Part shown: in pieces, positions 1-13,000 of the stretch | Numbering within the stretch: the stretch's first letter is position 1 | Layout: every line of letters begins with the position of its first letter | The notes under the pieces: model-generated | The model's database searches: none | What the model was told of the DNA's origin: nothing | What the model saw: only the letters and a program-made list of their open reading frames with translations | Source of the DNA: Oopsacas minuta | Taxonomy: Eukaryota; Animalia; Porifera | Length of the DNA stretch: 64,000 nt | Direction: 5' to 3' | Assembly (NCBI GenBank): GCA_024704765.1 | Contig: JAKMXF010000034.1 | Location: 5,257 to 69,256 of the forward strand | Made by a program: the position numbers and the translations under genes

Positions 1-387
1 GTAAATTTTCATTCCTCATCATATTATGTAATAGAAATTTATCCTATGTCATCAACTACACATGATTACTAGATTTTATCATCACGTATATACCCGATGT
101 AATTTGCTTACTATAAACAATTCGATGAGAATTTATCAAATTCCTAATGCTGGTATTCGTAACTAAGCATTTTACAACAACAACTTAATGCTACAAATAT
201 TTGAGAAAACTCATTTTCTCTAACAATTTCTGTTCATCACCTTATTACTAACCGTAATCGATTCGTTTATTAACAAAACATGAGAATAGAAAATAATTAA
301 TTCGATCATAAACTCTTTCAGTTATAATTACTTGTTCAATTCAATTCACCACACAATATTTCTAAAACGAATAGAAACAAAATATCC

Positions 388-1392
388 ATGCGTAGAGTAT
401 TTTCGGGTATCCAACCTTCAGGAATCCCTCATATCGGCAACTACTTAGGAGCTCTCAAGAACTGGATAGCACTTCAAAATACTGAATCAGCATTACCCCC
501 TATCTACTGTATTGTAGACCTGCATGCTCTGACAACTCTGAGTGGACATCCTCAACAACTACGTCAATTAACTATAGAATCAACAGCTAGTCTTTTAGCA
601 TGCGGACTGGATCCTAAGAAATCTATTATCTTCAAGCAATCATCAATACACCATCACACACAATTAGCATGGATACTATCATGTATTACGTCATCCGGAG
701 TATTAGGCCGTATGAATCAATGGAAATCTAGACAGAAAACACACAATAGCACTCTTGGGTTATTTTCTTATCCAATGTTAATGTGTGCAGATATTCTATT
801 GTATAGATCAACAGATGTACCAGTAGGTGATGACCAGATTCAGCACTTAGAGTTAGCAAGAAATACAGCTGAAATATTCAACAGAACTTATGAAACTGAT
901 TTTATGAAGATAGCCGAATTAATCTTACCGTCAGAATCAGGTGCGTGTCGTGTAATGAGTCTGAGAGAACCTCTTGAGAAGATGAGTAAGTCTAATCAGA
1001 GTGAGTATTCTCGTATCAATCTGTCAGACATGCCATCTGTCGTTAAGAGTAAGATTCTAAGAGCTGTCACTGATAACGAGTCTAGAGTAAGTTTTGAACC
1101 TGATACACGACCTGGAGTTAGTAATCTGGTTTCTATATACGGTAGCTATAGTGATAAAACTATTGAAATGGTATGTCAGGAATTTGAAGGTAAATCCACG
1201 CATGAATTTAAAATAGCTCTGCATGACCTGTTGATTGAAAAGCTTTACGCATACCAAACTGAATACCAACGTATTATGGAGGATAAAGGATATATACTGA
1301 ACGTATTAGAACAAGGCCGGAAACAAGCATTAGAAATTGCAGACGAGAATATGAAGCAGATTTTAGAAATGACAGGGTTATCATATAATTGA
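388..1392 (+). CDS. WARS2: Mitochondrial-type tryptophanyl-tRNA synthetase, intronless
   Basis: 334-aa ORF beginning RVFSGIQPSG, with class I HIGH-like motif PHIGNY, VPVGDDQIQHLEL and KMSKS. Confidence 0.93.
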   Translation: MRRVFSGIQPSGIPHIGNYLGALKNWIALQNTESALPPIYCIVDLHALTTLSGHPQQLRQLTIESTASLLACGLDPKKSIIFKQSSIHHHTQLAWILSCITSSGVLGRMNQWKSRQKTHNSTLGLFSYPMLMCADILLYRSTDVPVGDDQIQHLELARNTAEIFNRTYETDFMKIAELILPSESGACRVMSLREPLEKMSKSNQSEYSRINLSDMPSVVKSKILRAVTDNESRVSFEPDTRPGVSNLVSIYGSYSDKTIEMVCQEFEGKSTHEFKIALHDLLIEKLYAYQTEYQRIMEDKGYILNVLEQGRKQALEIADENMKQILEMTGLSYN

Positions 1393-1712
1393 TCCTATCT
1401 CACTTATTAAAATGTTTAACATGTCGAAAATGTAGATTAAAATTATTCAATTATTCTGTTTTTATATGATAGTCTGCTGCAGGGTTTCTCAGCTGTGGTC
1501 ATGGCTACAAAGATATTTTATCATTTTTGGTCAAGTTGATCTATGACAATTTTGGCCAACATGACCAAATATGGCCAAACCCAAACCCTTGCGATGATAC
1601 AGAATTTTATACAAAATGTGGCCATAACTCAAGAGAGTTTGAGAAACCTGGGTCTACTTTCAGGATTTTGATATATTTGAAGTTATTAAACAATAAATAC
1701 AAATCTACTAGC

Positions 1713-2246
1713 ATGACTATCTATCGCCCATTCACATGTGACGACTTCTTCAAATACAATAACATAAATCTTGACTCATTAACTGAGAACTATGGCATTC
1801 CATTCTACCTCTCATACATCTCACAATGGCCAGAATACTTCCGTATCGCTGAATCTGCTTCCGGTAAGCTTGTAGGCTACATAATGGGGAAATCAGAGAG
1901 TAAGCGTGGAGTAGATGACTGGCATGGACATATAACAGCTGTTACTGTATCACCAGATTATAGAAAACTTGGCATTGGTGCTAGTCTCATAAAATTCCTC
2001 GAGGATGTTTCAGAGAAGAAAAGATGTTACTTTGTAGATTTATACGTGAGAGCTTCAAATGCGATTGCTGTTGGTTTGTATGAAAAACTTGGTTATGTTG
2101 TGTATAGACGTGTTCTCGGGTATTATAGTAATCCTGGGCAGCCAGATGAAGACGGTTTAGATATGAGGAAATCTCTCTCTAGGGATAAAGATAAGATGTT
2201 TATGATTCCAGTAACTCATCCTGTTAGCGCAGATGATGTTACTTGA
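1713..2246 (+). CDS. NAA20: N-alpha-acetyltransferase 20 (NatB catalytic subunit), intronless
   Basis: From ATG at 1713: MTIYRPFTCDDFFKYNNINLDSLTENYGIPFYLSY...WHGHITAVTVSPDYRKLG...FVDLYVRASN. This is a GNAT fold with the NatB-type N-terminus. The TTG-start extension in the ORF track is not homologous. Confidence 0.92.
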   Translation: MTIYRPFTCDDFFKYNNINLDSLTENYGIPFYLSYISQWPEYFRIAESASGKLVGYIMGKSESKRGVDDWHGHITAVTVSPDYRKLGIGASLIKFLEDVSEKKRCYFVDLYVRASNAIAVGLYEKLGYVVYRRVLGYYSNPGQPDEDGLDMRKSLSRDKDKMFMIPVTHPVSADDVT

Positions 2247-2705
2247 ATTTTAAACAGTTAATTATGAGAGAGATTTTGTTGTGTAGATAGCATTTTGTTT
2301 CTATCAAATGATTCTAATAATATTTTACTGTAAACCATGTTTGTGGACTATTTCTCTTTTAGAAACTAATCATCATATTTATCCCCCATAATGAATAGTT
2401 TCCAGTTGCTATACTTCTCATGTTTGAATCGTTCCAATTATTGTGTCAATTTACATTCTATTGAATATAAACAACACAGTTCACCTAATTAGTCTACGAA
2501 TCTTTATAACTCTTACATTATTTCAAGGTAGCACATATATTGCTATTCAGACATAGTTTATTGGTCTAGCTTACCCACTAATTAATAACAATACACTGAA
2601 TACAGGCTATGCAATAACTAATTTAATAAATGCCACAACGGAATAGTTGCATTTTCCTATTCAAATAGTCCACAATTCTAACATTGCAGGAGAGCGGATA
2701 GAATA

Positions 2706-5700
2706 ATGCTATTGATTCTAATTAGCTGTATTTTGCAGGGAATATTATTCACGAATGTTCACACGGTTAGGAGTTACGTAGACGGGGATGTTCGATTAGC
2801 TGACGCACAATATAGAGTGTCAGCTTATTACAACAGACAGTATGTATTTGGTCGGGTTGAAGTCAGTTTTGAATCTAACTGGGGAACTGTATGCTGGAAT
2901 AGATGGAGTTTTTATGAGTCTAGAACCGTATGTACAGAGATAGGATACCACCGTCCGTCTGATTGGAGCACTGCTGGACCCAATAGAATTATACAAGATG
3001 ATAGAGTAATTTTGCTTGATAATTTGTATTGTAATGGTGAGGATAGATTGATTGACTGCAGACATAATGGTTACAACAATGTCCGTGAAAGATGTACGCA
3101 TTATGATGACGTCTGGGTAGAGTGTTATAGAGATTTTCCTGTGCATGTATCAGGTAACTATTATTAAATATACTGAATTTTGGAAAGATTGTATTATGCA
3201 TTCGCTATGAGTTTTTTGCTGGGTATTTCGTAACTTAGTTTCGCTCTATAGATTTACCAATCAGATTAATAAGCCAACAGGCAATTAATGCTTACAACAG
3301 TCAAAATAATACATATTTAAATGAGAACGATGTTGTTCACGCGGGATTGATACAAGCTAAACTCAACGGGGATTGGTACTACATATCTGGTGTAGGATGG
3401 GATCTTGTAGATGCTAGAATATCATGTAGACAGCTGGGTTATCCTGATGTTAATTATATCCCCGAGTATGATCCTGAAATAGCATTGAGTGAAGATCAGC
3501 TGATCCAGGTTACAATGGAGAATTTAGATTGTGTAAGCAACGAGAGAGAGCTAAAGGAATGTTACCATGATGGTTGGCTTGTTTCGGATTATGATGTGAC
3601 GAATTTAGCAAGTGTTAATTGTGTAACAAAGGAACAATTCTTATCATCAAAAGAAACGGTAATATAAGTGTCTGTGTATAATTTCAAATTACAAATGCTA
3701 GGAGCTTTAGCTAGATCAATTCTCGACTGTTGATAAACATTATAATTGATACTACAGAGGAACTTCGTTAATACGAATTTCCGGATAAGACTAACAATAT
3801 TTGCACATAATCAGGTTCCTACATTGGATATCCAATTAGTATAACTCCGGTTAATTAATACGAACTCCGGATAAGGCAAACAAAATTTGACCGTCCGTTC
3901 GTGTTGGTACTAACGAGGCTAGTGTAATTGGGTAGGGAACTTGATTATTCATTTTGCAATTTTGGCTAGATAATATTTTTAAGGTCAAATTGTGATAATG
4001 AAGGGACACTCTTATCATTACTTACCATAATCACACATATTATAGGACTCAGCGATATGTAGGAACCTGGGATAAGAGTGATAAGACGTACTTAATAGAA
4101 TACGTGAATTAAAATTATTACTTCATAGTTATTTCGCCTGAGAGGTGGTAGCAGCTACTGGGAAGGGAGATTAGAGATTCTACACGAACTATCCTGGGGG
4201 ACTATCTGTAGCAAAGATTTCACACTCACACATGCAGATATAGCTTGTAAGAGTTTAGGACTAGGAAGAGCTGAGGAAATGTTTAACACTGCAAGCAGTG
4301 GGTATGGACGTGGAATAGGAGAGATATGGATTGGAGATTTTGACTGTAGCAACCCTTTATCAGCTGATTCTCTGCTAGATTGTGATTCTAGTGATTGGGG
4401 GTATTCTACTTGCAGATATGATCATGCTTGGGATGTTGGTATCAAATGTCAAGTTCCTAGACCTGAGAGAAAGGTATGATAATAAATAGAATAAATATCT
4501 ATTAAATGAATACAAATAAAAACATTACACATTGAAAACTATTCAATAAAACTGATAGTTTTGAATGCGTAATCTTATTAGTTTTGTGAAATAATTCCTA
4601 ATAGTAGTATGTATGTATTCACAAGACTTGTTATGCTCCATACGTTGTTATTATGAATTATTGAATCCATTAAATATTGAACTGACGACTTGGGGGCGCT
4701 TCATTTGTTCGATAAGTATTTTCCATGTCATTTGGAGTTGGCCGGAAGTGTCCTTGACCCCCTACTTGTTGCTAAGTGTGTTTACAACTCACTAAGAAGG
4801 TGATTGAATTGGAAATTTCTTGGATTATCCAACTAGATTGCATTTGGCAGAGAATATGAGAATTTCTAACTCACTATTTGGTTAGCAGTTATGGATTTTC
4901 ATGGCATTGTCGTTGGATCTTGGCCTTAAGAATTGGCCGGAATTATTACAGCTAGTCCGCAATTCATAAATCGTCCCGATAGCTCAGATGAAAGTGATTG
5001 AATTCCACAAATGCTACCAAAGTCCCATGAATTTAGACAAAAACCGCTAGCGAAACACTATATGCAATCTAGTTATATAATCCTGGAAAATTCCAATTCA
5101 ATCACCTTCTTAATGAGCCATAAACACACTCAGCAACAAGTAGGAGGGTCAAGGAAACTTCAGCCCAACTCTCAAGACCCCGATCCAACGATTATGCCAT
5201 GAAAATCCACAACTGTGCAATCCAAATATTCAAGAAATAATTACTTCAGATTTTCGTATAAATGAAAGCGGTCTGACGACTTCATAAATGAATCTAATGA
5301 TAACAAAATGCCGCAATATGAATCTTTCTTTGGAGCAGAAAGGGCGGAAGTAAAACTTTGGTCTGACTATGAGCCAATTAGACCAGCCCCAGGCCAATAA
5401 GATAAGATACTTAAAATTTAGGGAGGAACTGAAATTTCGCTAGTTCCTGGCCGGATTGGCTCCGCTGGCCCTGTGGACCTATCCTTGAGTGAAACAAGTT
5501 GATTAACAAAATCAGAGGTAATTATATTTATAATCATTAGATTCGTATGCTACGACAATACATCTCTCGCCAATACACAATGCCTGGAGTTAAGTTCTAC
5601 TACACAGAAATCTACCATGAGAATACCTGGAGCTCTCCTTGCTGCTACTCACTCCTGCCTCGTATCAGCACTAATAGGCTATGTAGAGAGTTAGGTGGGG

Positions 5701-7050
5701 TAGTATTTAGTTAATAGTATTATTTTAATTTTACAGGTGTCAAAATGTGATTATTTGCTAATAGTATTGAATAGTATTCACACACGTTCCATTCCAAGTA
5801 TTGCCAACACATTGTTATTTCCATTGTTACTGATATCGAACTTCATATTTGTTAAATCTCGGGGACCTATCTAGCAAGATAGTAAGTAGAGCATGATAGA
5901 GCTATCTATGTGTAATATTCTTAGAATGTTAATAATAAATCTGAAATCAATCTCTAACCTAAAAGAATCTATTTATTTTGAAAATACTACCGATTACGGC
6001 CGAAATGTTTTGTCCGTAACGAAAAGGAACACTAAAATGTTATTAACCAATTCCCGCACCCAAATCGAGATTACAGCACCCTTTTGACGTCATATAATGA
6101 CACATTTTCCCTGCCGTATTCAGTTAATGCAGGAGAAGAATCTATGTACCTGTATCAGTCTATAATCATAGTCCACCTCTAATATTCCTTCCTTGTTAAT
6201 TATTGAATATATTTGAGATTTCCATCTCTGTACCAGATACATGCATTGAAATTATTGATAATGGAATGATAACAAAATATGTATAATATTATTTTGTAAA
6301 TCGAAACAAAAACAAAGATTTGTGACTGTTTTTTGTGTTAAGTTTAATATTCAATTCTAACGTCCCCAAAGTTCTTTACATATTTATCACAATATGTATA
6401 TAAGTGCATTAAATATTTCTCATCAAACATTCCTTATAGAGTGCAACCTATATAAGTGTGGAATTCCGCAATAAATTTCTTGAATAATCAATTTTTGTGC
6501 TAAATTTGGAAAAAAAAACACGTATTTATCGCTATGATGAATTGAAACTTTTGGTTTTCTCAGAAGAAATTACTTACAAATTTTTATATTCAACCAACAA
6601 CCTTAGGGCATATTATAGTTATCAGGAAATTCGCCTGCCCGACTTCCCCACTTATAAAGGTTCTACTGTACCCCCTTTGCTTTTAACTTCCTTCGTTATT
6701 CCCATCTTCCCGTTAACTTAGCTTTGTCTATGGGAAAGAATTCACCCTCTGAACCAATTAATTATGTATTTATCGATCCAGCTGCTTAAAACTTTGTTTG
6801 ATAGCTAACTCGTACCATAACTCCATGAGCTACTTTTTGAATCTAATCTATTCTCTATAATTCTTAGGTTTGGGGTTTGGTTTACCTTATCTGAGTCGCT
6901 GTGAAACAGATCCTAACAAGAGCCAGCAATCAGGTTTAAGTGGGTATATTCTATGCTATAAACAAGAGTACTTTTCAGAGAATTGTCTGAGTCAATTAAC
7001 AAAATTAGATCAGTGCTACTACGGTTATGACGTCATTGCTTGCGCAGATA
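2706..7050 (+). CDS. SRCR-domain exons 1-5 of the LOXL gene (5' half)
   Basis: GRVEV..WGTVC..VCTEIG (SRCR1), SCRQLG..LDCVSNE (SRCR2), RLRGG..WEGRLEI..WGTICS..ACKSLG..DVGIKC (SRCR3), and a divergent SRCR4 split over 5541-5694 and 6868-7050. Confidence 0.85.
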
Positions 7051-10000
7051 GTGAGTTATATTATTTTAATTTTGAATTATATCTTTTATTGTTTTTATTC
7101 CAAAAATAATATAGGACCCCCAAGCGCTATACAGTAGAACTCTGTGTTTTCATTTCTTTATAAGAGAAATGTTGATTAAAATTTCAATAAACACTCAAAA
7201 TAAAAATAGGTATTTACAGCTAAAAGTCTATTCCTTGACAATTTATGGTTTTTTCGAGGAGCAAAATACCTGGTGACAAACCCCTGCCCCGAATTCAACT
7301 GTATTTACACATGCTGATGCGCTGGACTCACAAATTTAGATATCCTCAGAGATAAATACGATTTTTAGAAATAGCAATTCTTCCTCATACTAAATACAGA
7401 CGATACTACATTCTCACTTTACACGGCATAATATTTGTCACAAGTTGCATTAATAAAATGCAAGAATTACATTTTTTGAAAAGTGATAATTATGTACAAA
7501 AGAATTCCATACATATTTATGAGGTACAATATCTGTGTCATGGAAATTCAGTGAAGAATCTTTATATTACTTATTACAACAAATATTTCCACAGACAACC
7601 CGTCAAAAAACACATGATATGTGTAGAGCGACAATGTTCTACAAAAATATATTATCATAACCGCGTGTCTATATCCAAAAATGTCAATTTTCTACTTGTA
7701 TCAATGGCATTTGAAGTCGGGAATAATAATCGTGACCCTTTCCGGGTTCCTAAGGTCATGTCCAATCGACGCTCTGTCTTTACCAAATCGGAGAATTCAG
7801 TTCTTGATTGTTGATTTCATACTTACTTCAGCAAATTAATTAGTATTAAAATTGTTGAGAACAAATATTGAAATATAATTGAGTAATAACCTGTTTTGTT
7901 ATAGGTTCTATATTCCAGTAGATATTTTACCGATGGTCATAAATGCCAATGCCAAAATAGCTGAAACCTGAAAATTAATTGATAGATTTTCCCAAACTAA
8001 AGCCTGAACGATAGTTGAAACATCCTCTAAATATTGAAATTAACAAAATAGTAAATGAATTGCCAAATATTATTAGACAGAGTTACGAACTTTTGAATGC
8101 TCTAAGTGTATACACCCATGAGATATCTCATGGTTACTGTCTAGATAATATACAACCATAGAGTGCCGATAGATAGATAGAACTTCAACAACCAGCTGCC
8201 AATAAAATGAGACATTCTTATTAATTATCATAATAAGTAGCCAGTAACTATGGAATCCTTAAAATTAGTCACCCATGTGAATGAAGGAACAATGTCAGAA
8301 ATAAATAAATAATTAATCTAATTCTCATTAATATAATAATATCAAGACGTATAGCACACAGTGGCTCTATAGGTGGATTATATTGATTTTTGTTACGACT
8401 GAATTAGTAATACAAGCAAGCTTGCTTTCTTGCACTGTGCGGTAAAGCGAACACTTCTTGTCCACGGATGGCATATACATGCATATCCAGTATTAAAACG
8501 ACTCAGAAATTCGGAATAGCTTTTCTACGGTCTCGCATTAATTAATCCTACTCTACTTTATGAATTACAATATGTAAAATGGTCAATAATGTACCTGTAT
8601 TTCTTTGGGCCACAACTCGGTGCATTTTTGTGATGCGAAGAATGTTTATAAAGTGAAAAGTTTGTGAAGATATAATTTTCAGTTATAATAATTGAGGAAA
8701 CGAGATGTTAACGAGAATTGATTAAACTGAAAATTTATTGCCAGTCCAAAACAACAAAATCTCAAATCAGCGTCTGTGCCAACTTAAATTTTACCAAATT
8801 AATTTTAGTGGATTATTGAAACATTTATTCTATTAAATATCCAGGAATGTATGTTTTACTGTACCGACTATACTTTAGTATTATTGAGCTTAGTCTATTA
8901 AATTATATTAGTTAAAAAAGTTGCACTATTAATTGGAGGCATTATGTGTATTGAATTAAACTAACCTTTCATAGTGCCTCCAATTAATAGTATCACTTTA
9001 TACAAATGTAATTAATAGGGTAAGCTGTCTGCACTGGTGTAATTTTATATTTTTAAAGTCAATCAGGCGGTCTATTTATTTCCTAGGGAAATATTCAATT
9101 CTCGAAAATTCATCTAGCATCAGGCAATTCAACCTAACATTATTCGTATTATTGAAATTAGACAAATTTCAGGAGTGTTTAGCCAAAAAATTAGGAGGGG
9201 GCGCTCCTCATTCAAGTTTAACCTTTTCTTAGAAAACATCGGTGAAAACGGTCCCTATGTAAGTAGTTGGAGGGCACCACCCTGCCAAAATATTCATTTT
9301 GTAATAATTTTGGACGATTTCAGTGGTGCGTATCGAATTTGGTTGCATTTCCCGGTACTAGATGCAATTTTCCATGTTGCCCCGGAAAAATAAGATAACC
9401 TGAAGCAATTCGTATCATGTTCTCTTACATGTAACCAGTCCGAAGTTGGGGAATTTGTGTTAATTATTTTGAAATGTAGGCAGGGTTGGGGCAGATTACA
9501 TTCAGGTGATTTCTATTACGAGCTCAAGTGGATCTATTGAAAATGACAAGAAAGCAGATCGACCAAATATTTGATAAGACTGTCATAATTTCAACAAAGT
9601 TGACAAAGGCAGTATTTACAATTACATGCTTATGCCTTCTGACATTGATATACATGGGAGTGATGCTGCATTACGTGAGTTACCCATTCATTGCAAAATC
9701 TAAAGGACTGAGTCACACTGAAGTAGGGATTATAATGGGAGTTTTTCCATTTGTCAACATTCTAACGTTTCCTATTTCTGGAGTATTAACCAATAAAATG
9801 AACGTCCAACTAACTTTTGCAATTAGTTCACTGGTGCAATGTATTCTGTTTTCGTTATTCGCATTTGTACCTAGCATGGAAAGGATTCCATTTGAGATAT
9901 ATTCTTTTCTATTTCCAATCATTTTCTCATTCCCAGTATCATTCTTTTACAACTCAACATACGCTTTACTTCAACAAGTATTCCCACGACATGCAACACT

Positions 10001-13000
10001 AATCCTTACTATACAGTATGTGTTCTTCTCCTCTGCATACCTTATGGGACCCCCGGTTGGTAGTATCCTCTACGATAAAATCGGGTTTATGAATATGTTT
10101 CTTGATTTTTCTGCGGCTGGAATACTCCTATCATTCGTAGCAATACTTATTTTGTACTTTTCACCGATCAACACAAAGATTAAGAAAAAAATTGAAAAAC
10201 CCGAATCATTTCTCATATTCCGTATTCTCTCCACGCCATCTATTTCCTTAAATCTCTTATTCACCTTCCTATCAGCTTCATACTACTTCTACTTCTTACC
10301 TGTTATTGGTCCATATCTAGCTTCTCGTTATGGCGTAAGTATCGTGACTGTAGGCTTATTATTTATGGTAGCTGAAGTTAGTCATTTAGTGATTGCATTG
10401 CCTCTGGGATATGTGCTAAATAGGTCTTCAAACCCTCCATATTATTTCATTATTATGAGTGGAATAATTATCCATGCAATTGGAATATTTCTGTATGCAC
10501 CATCTTCTATTCTCTTTTCACTTTCTGGTAACTTTCTCCCTATATGCTTTGTAGGAAGTTCATGTATTGGTATAGGATTTGCATTAGCTTATGTACCAAC
10601 CATGTCGGTTTCGCTTAATAGAGGACAAAACACTTTTCCATCGTGTCCTACGAGTACGAATACAATTATCAGTGGTCTGATGACAGGGACATACTCTATT
10701 GGGGAATCATTCGGGCCTATAGTTGGTGGAATAATATCTGAGTTTATAAGACTTGACGTCACAACATTCTATCTTTCACTAAGTCTTGCTTCAGTCTCAA
10801 TACTAGCATTTATAGCCATGTTTTTCAACAGAGAACATGAACTTTTGTTTAATCTTATTAGAAAACAATTCTCCTATATTGTGAAGAGTGAAGACGCTGA
10901 AACTTTACGATTGATAAAATGAGTATTATCACTACTTTTCCCTACACATTACTGAATTACTGTTCTATGCTCATAAACTATTAATTAGAACACTACTACA
11001 CTTATATAAATTCTAAAGCGTATCCTATTTAGTTCTTTTCGCGATGTGATGCGGGATTTGTCATGTTCGGTCATACACTCATAATGGCCATAGAAATTCA
11101 ACTTGACCAAAAATGACGTAAAATATCTCTGTTTCCAGTGCGACCAAGTTTGGTCATGTGACCACAGGTTGTAAACCCTGTCGTAGGGTATCCATTATTC
11201 CTCAAAATGTTACCTGCTGTTGGTTGAAAAATACATCACCCAACCACGACGAAAAAGTAAAGGCAGGGGTGGGATTCGAACCCAGGTCAGCGGGTTATCC
11301 ATAATGATCTTAACAACTACGCCAATGAGACATAATGGTCATTTACGACAAAAAACTTGGGCTGGCGAAGAAAATTGAAATTGAAATTAAAAGTGTAGAC
11401 ACATAACCATACACGGCTTTTAATAAGTTAACATTTGCCAAATCATACTCAGTATTTCTGGATAATAGATAAGTAATTTTTAATCATAAATCTGTCAAAT
11501 TTGTTACAAACTATCACAAATGACAGATGAAAATATGAAATTTGAAGCATGCCCTCTAAATATATTGTAAGCAGCTTGTAATATTAACGTAACTATATTA
11601 TGGAATTGACCACTGTAATATAATACTAACTAGATAACTATTGAATAAACCAAACACAACAGATATGCATTAAATTATATATATTGACATGCTCCGAATG
11701 ATATAACAGAATTTCTGCAAGATGCTAACAAGATTCATATTTAACTCTAGAAATAAATGGTGCTATATTGGTGTAGCCATTTTAGTAATTTTCTGTATTT
11801 TCATTTACATAATACCCAGTGGAAATGGAAAAGTGAAAAATTATGAAGTAGACATATTTGACCTGTTTAACAGAGAACCGAATCAGCTCGCTAATTTGAA
11901 CATAACATGTCGGGATTCACCATTGGATAAATATAATTGTTATTCCCTATCGACATCGAGATTAGCTAATAGATTTCCTCGAATACTCATAATTGGATTC
12001 GGTAAAGCAGGTACACGTGCTCTACTTAACTTCCTACATTTGCATCCATCAATAACAGGCCCTCCTGTAGAAGTTAATTATTTTGACAAATACTACGATA
12101 AAGAGAGTTTACAGTCATATTTAGAAACATTCCCGCCTATTAATGAGAATATTTCTAACATAGAAAAGAGTCCAAGCTACATTATCTCCCCTGGCACACC
12201 CTATAGACTTTCATCAGTGATAAGTGCTCTTGATATACCCAAAGAATCTATTAAACTAATCGTATTAATGAGAGATCCATTGGAGCGAGCTGTATCAGAA
12301 TATTTGGAATGGGTGATACAGAGAACGAGAGAATTTCAATCATTATCCTCATTTGATGAAATGGTGTTCAATAGTGAAACGTTGCCAAAATTCATTACAA
12401 CATCTGAATACGATATACATGTTTCCAGTTGGTTAAAATATTTTCCCCTTGAACAGTTCTGTTTCGTAGACGGAGATTTGTTCATTGAAGATCCATTTCC
12501 AGTTTTACAAGAGCTTGAGATATGTCTAGGGATAAAAGCGCATTATAAAAGAACTGATTTTGTATTTGATCACGGAAAAGGTTTTTTTTGCGTCAATGAT
12601 GAAAACTCTATTCAATGTTTGGGTAAGTCAAAAGGAAGAATTCACCCTGAGATTGAGGAAGAGACGAGGAAATATCTTAGGAAACATTTCAAGTCGCATA
12701 ATTTACGGTTAGAGAAATTGATTCATAAAGAGTTTACATGGGCTAGAAAAGATAAGAATATTTTAAAAAGATTTCTATCAAAGGTCTTTTGAGTTCATTC
12801 AATTATTAGGTCATGTAAAATACATTACTTGTTTCTTATCAGGAATTTCTTCGGAAGCTGGGATGGCGGGCGGTAATTTATTTTCTATTATCTAGGCCAG
12901 TTAATATGTAAAATATTTTTGATTCTTCGATAATCTTGTCACATTCTCTCTGGGCATAAAAAATATTGAATTTTTCAACTATTCAGTAGTAAAATGTGGC

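Noticed and set aside
1527-1712. N-terminal extension of NAA20 in the ORF track (likewise the GTG start at 9528 for the MFS gene)
   Set aside because: These depend on prokaryotic TTG/GTG starts; homology begins at the first ATG.
4613-6721. Short ORFs in LOXL introns (4613, 5011, 5893, 6497)
   Set aside because: Low-complexity or repeat-derived text with no domain signal; the real exon here is 5541-5694, which the track does not list.
7458-8330. ORF 7458-7814 and hydrophobic exon-like fragments on the minus strand (~7820-7970)
   Set aside because: No recognisable motif, multiple stops and an implausibly short intron, so I cannot support a gene.
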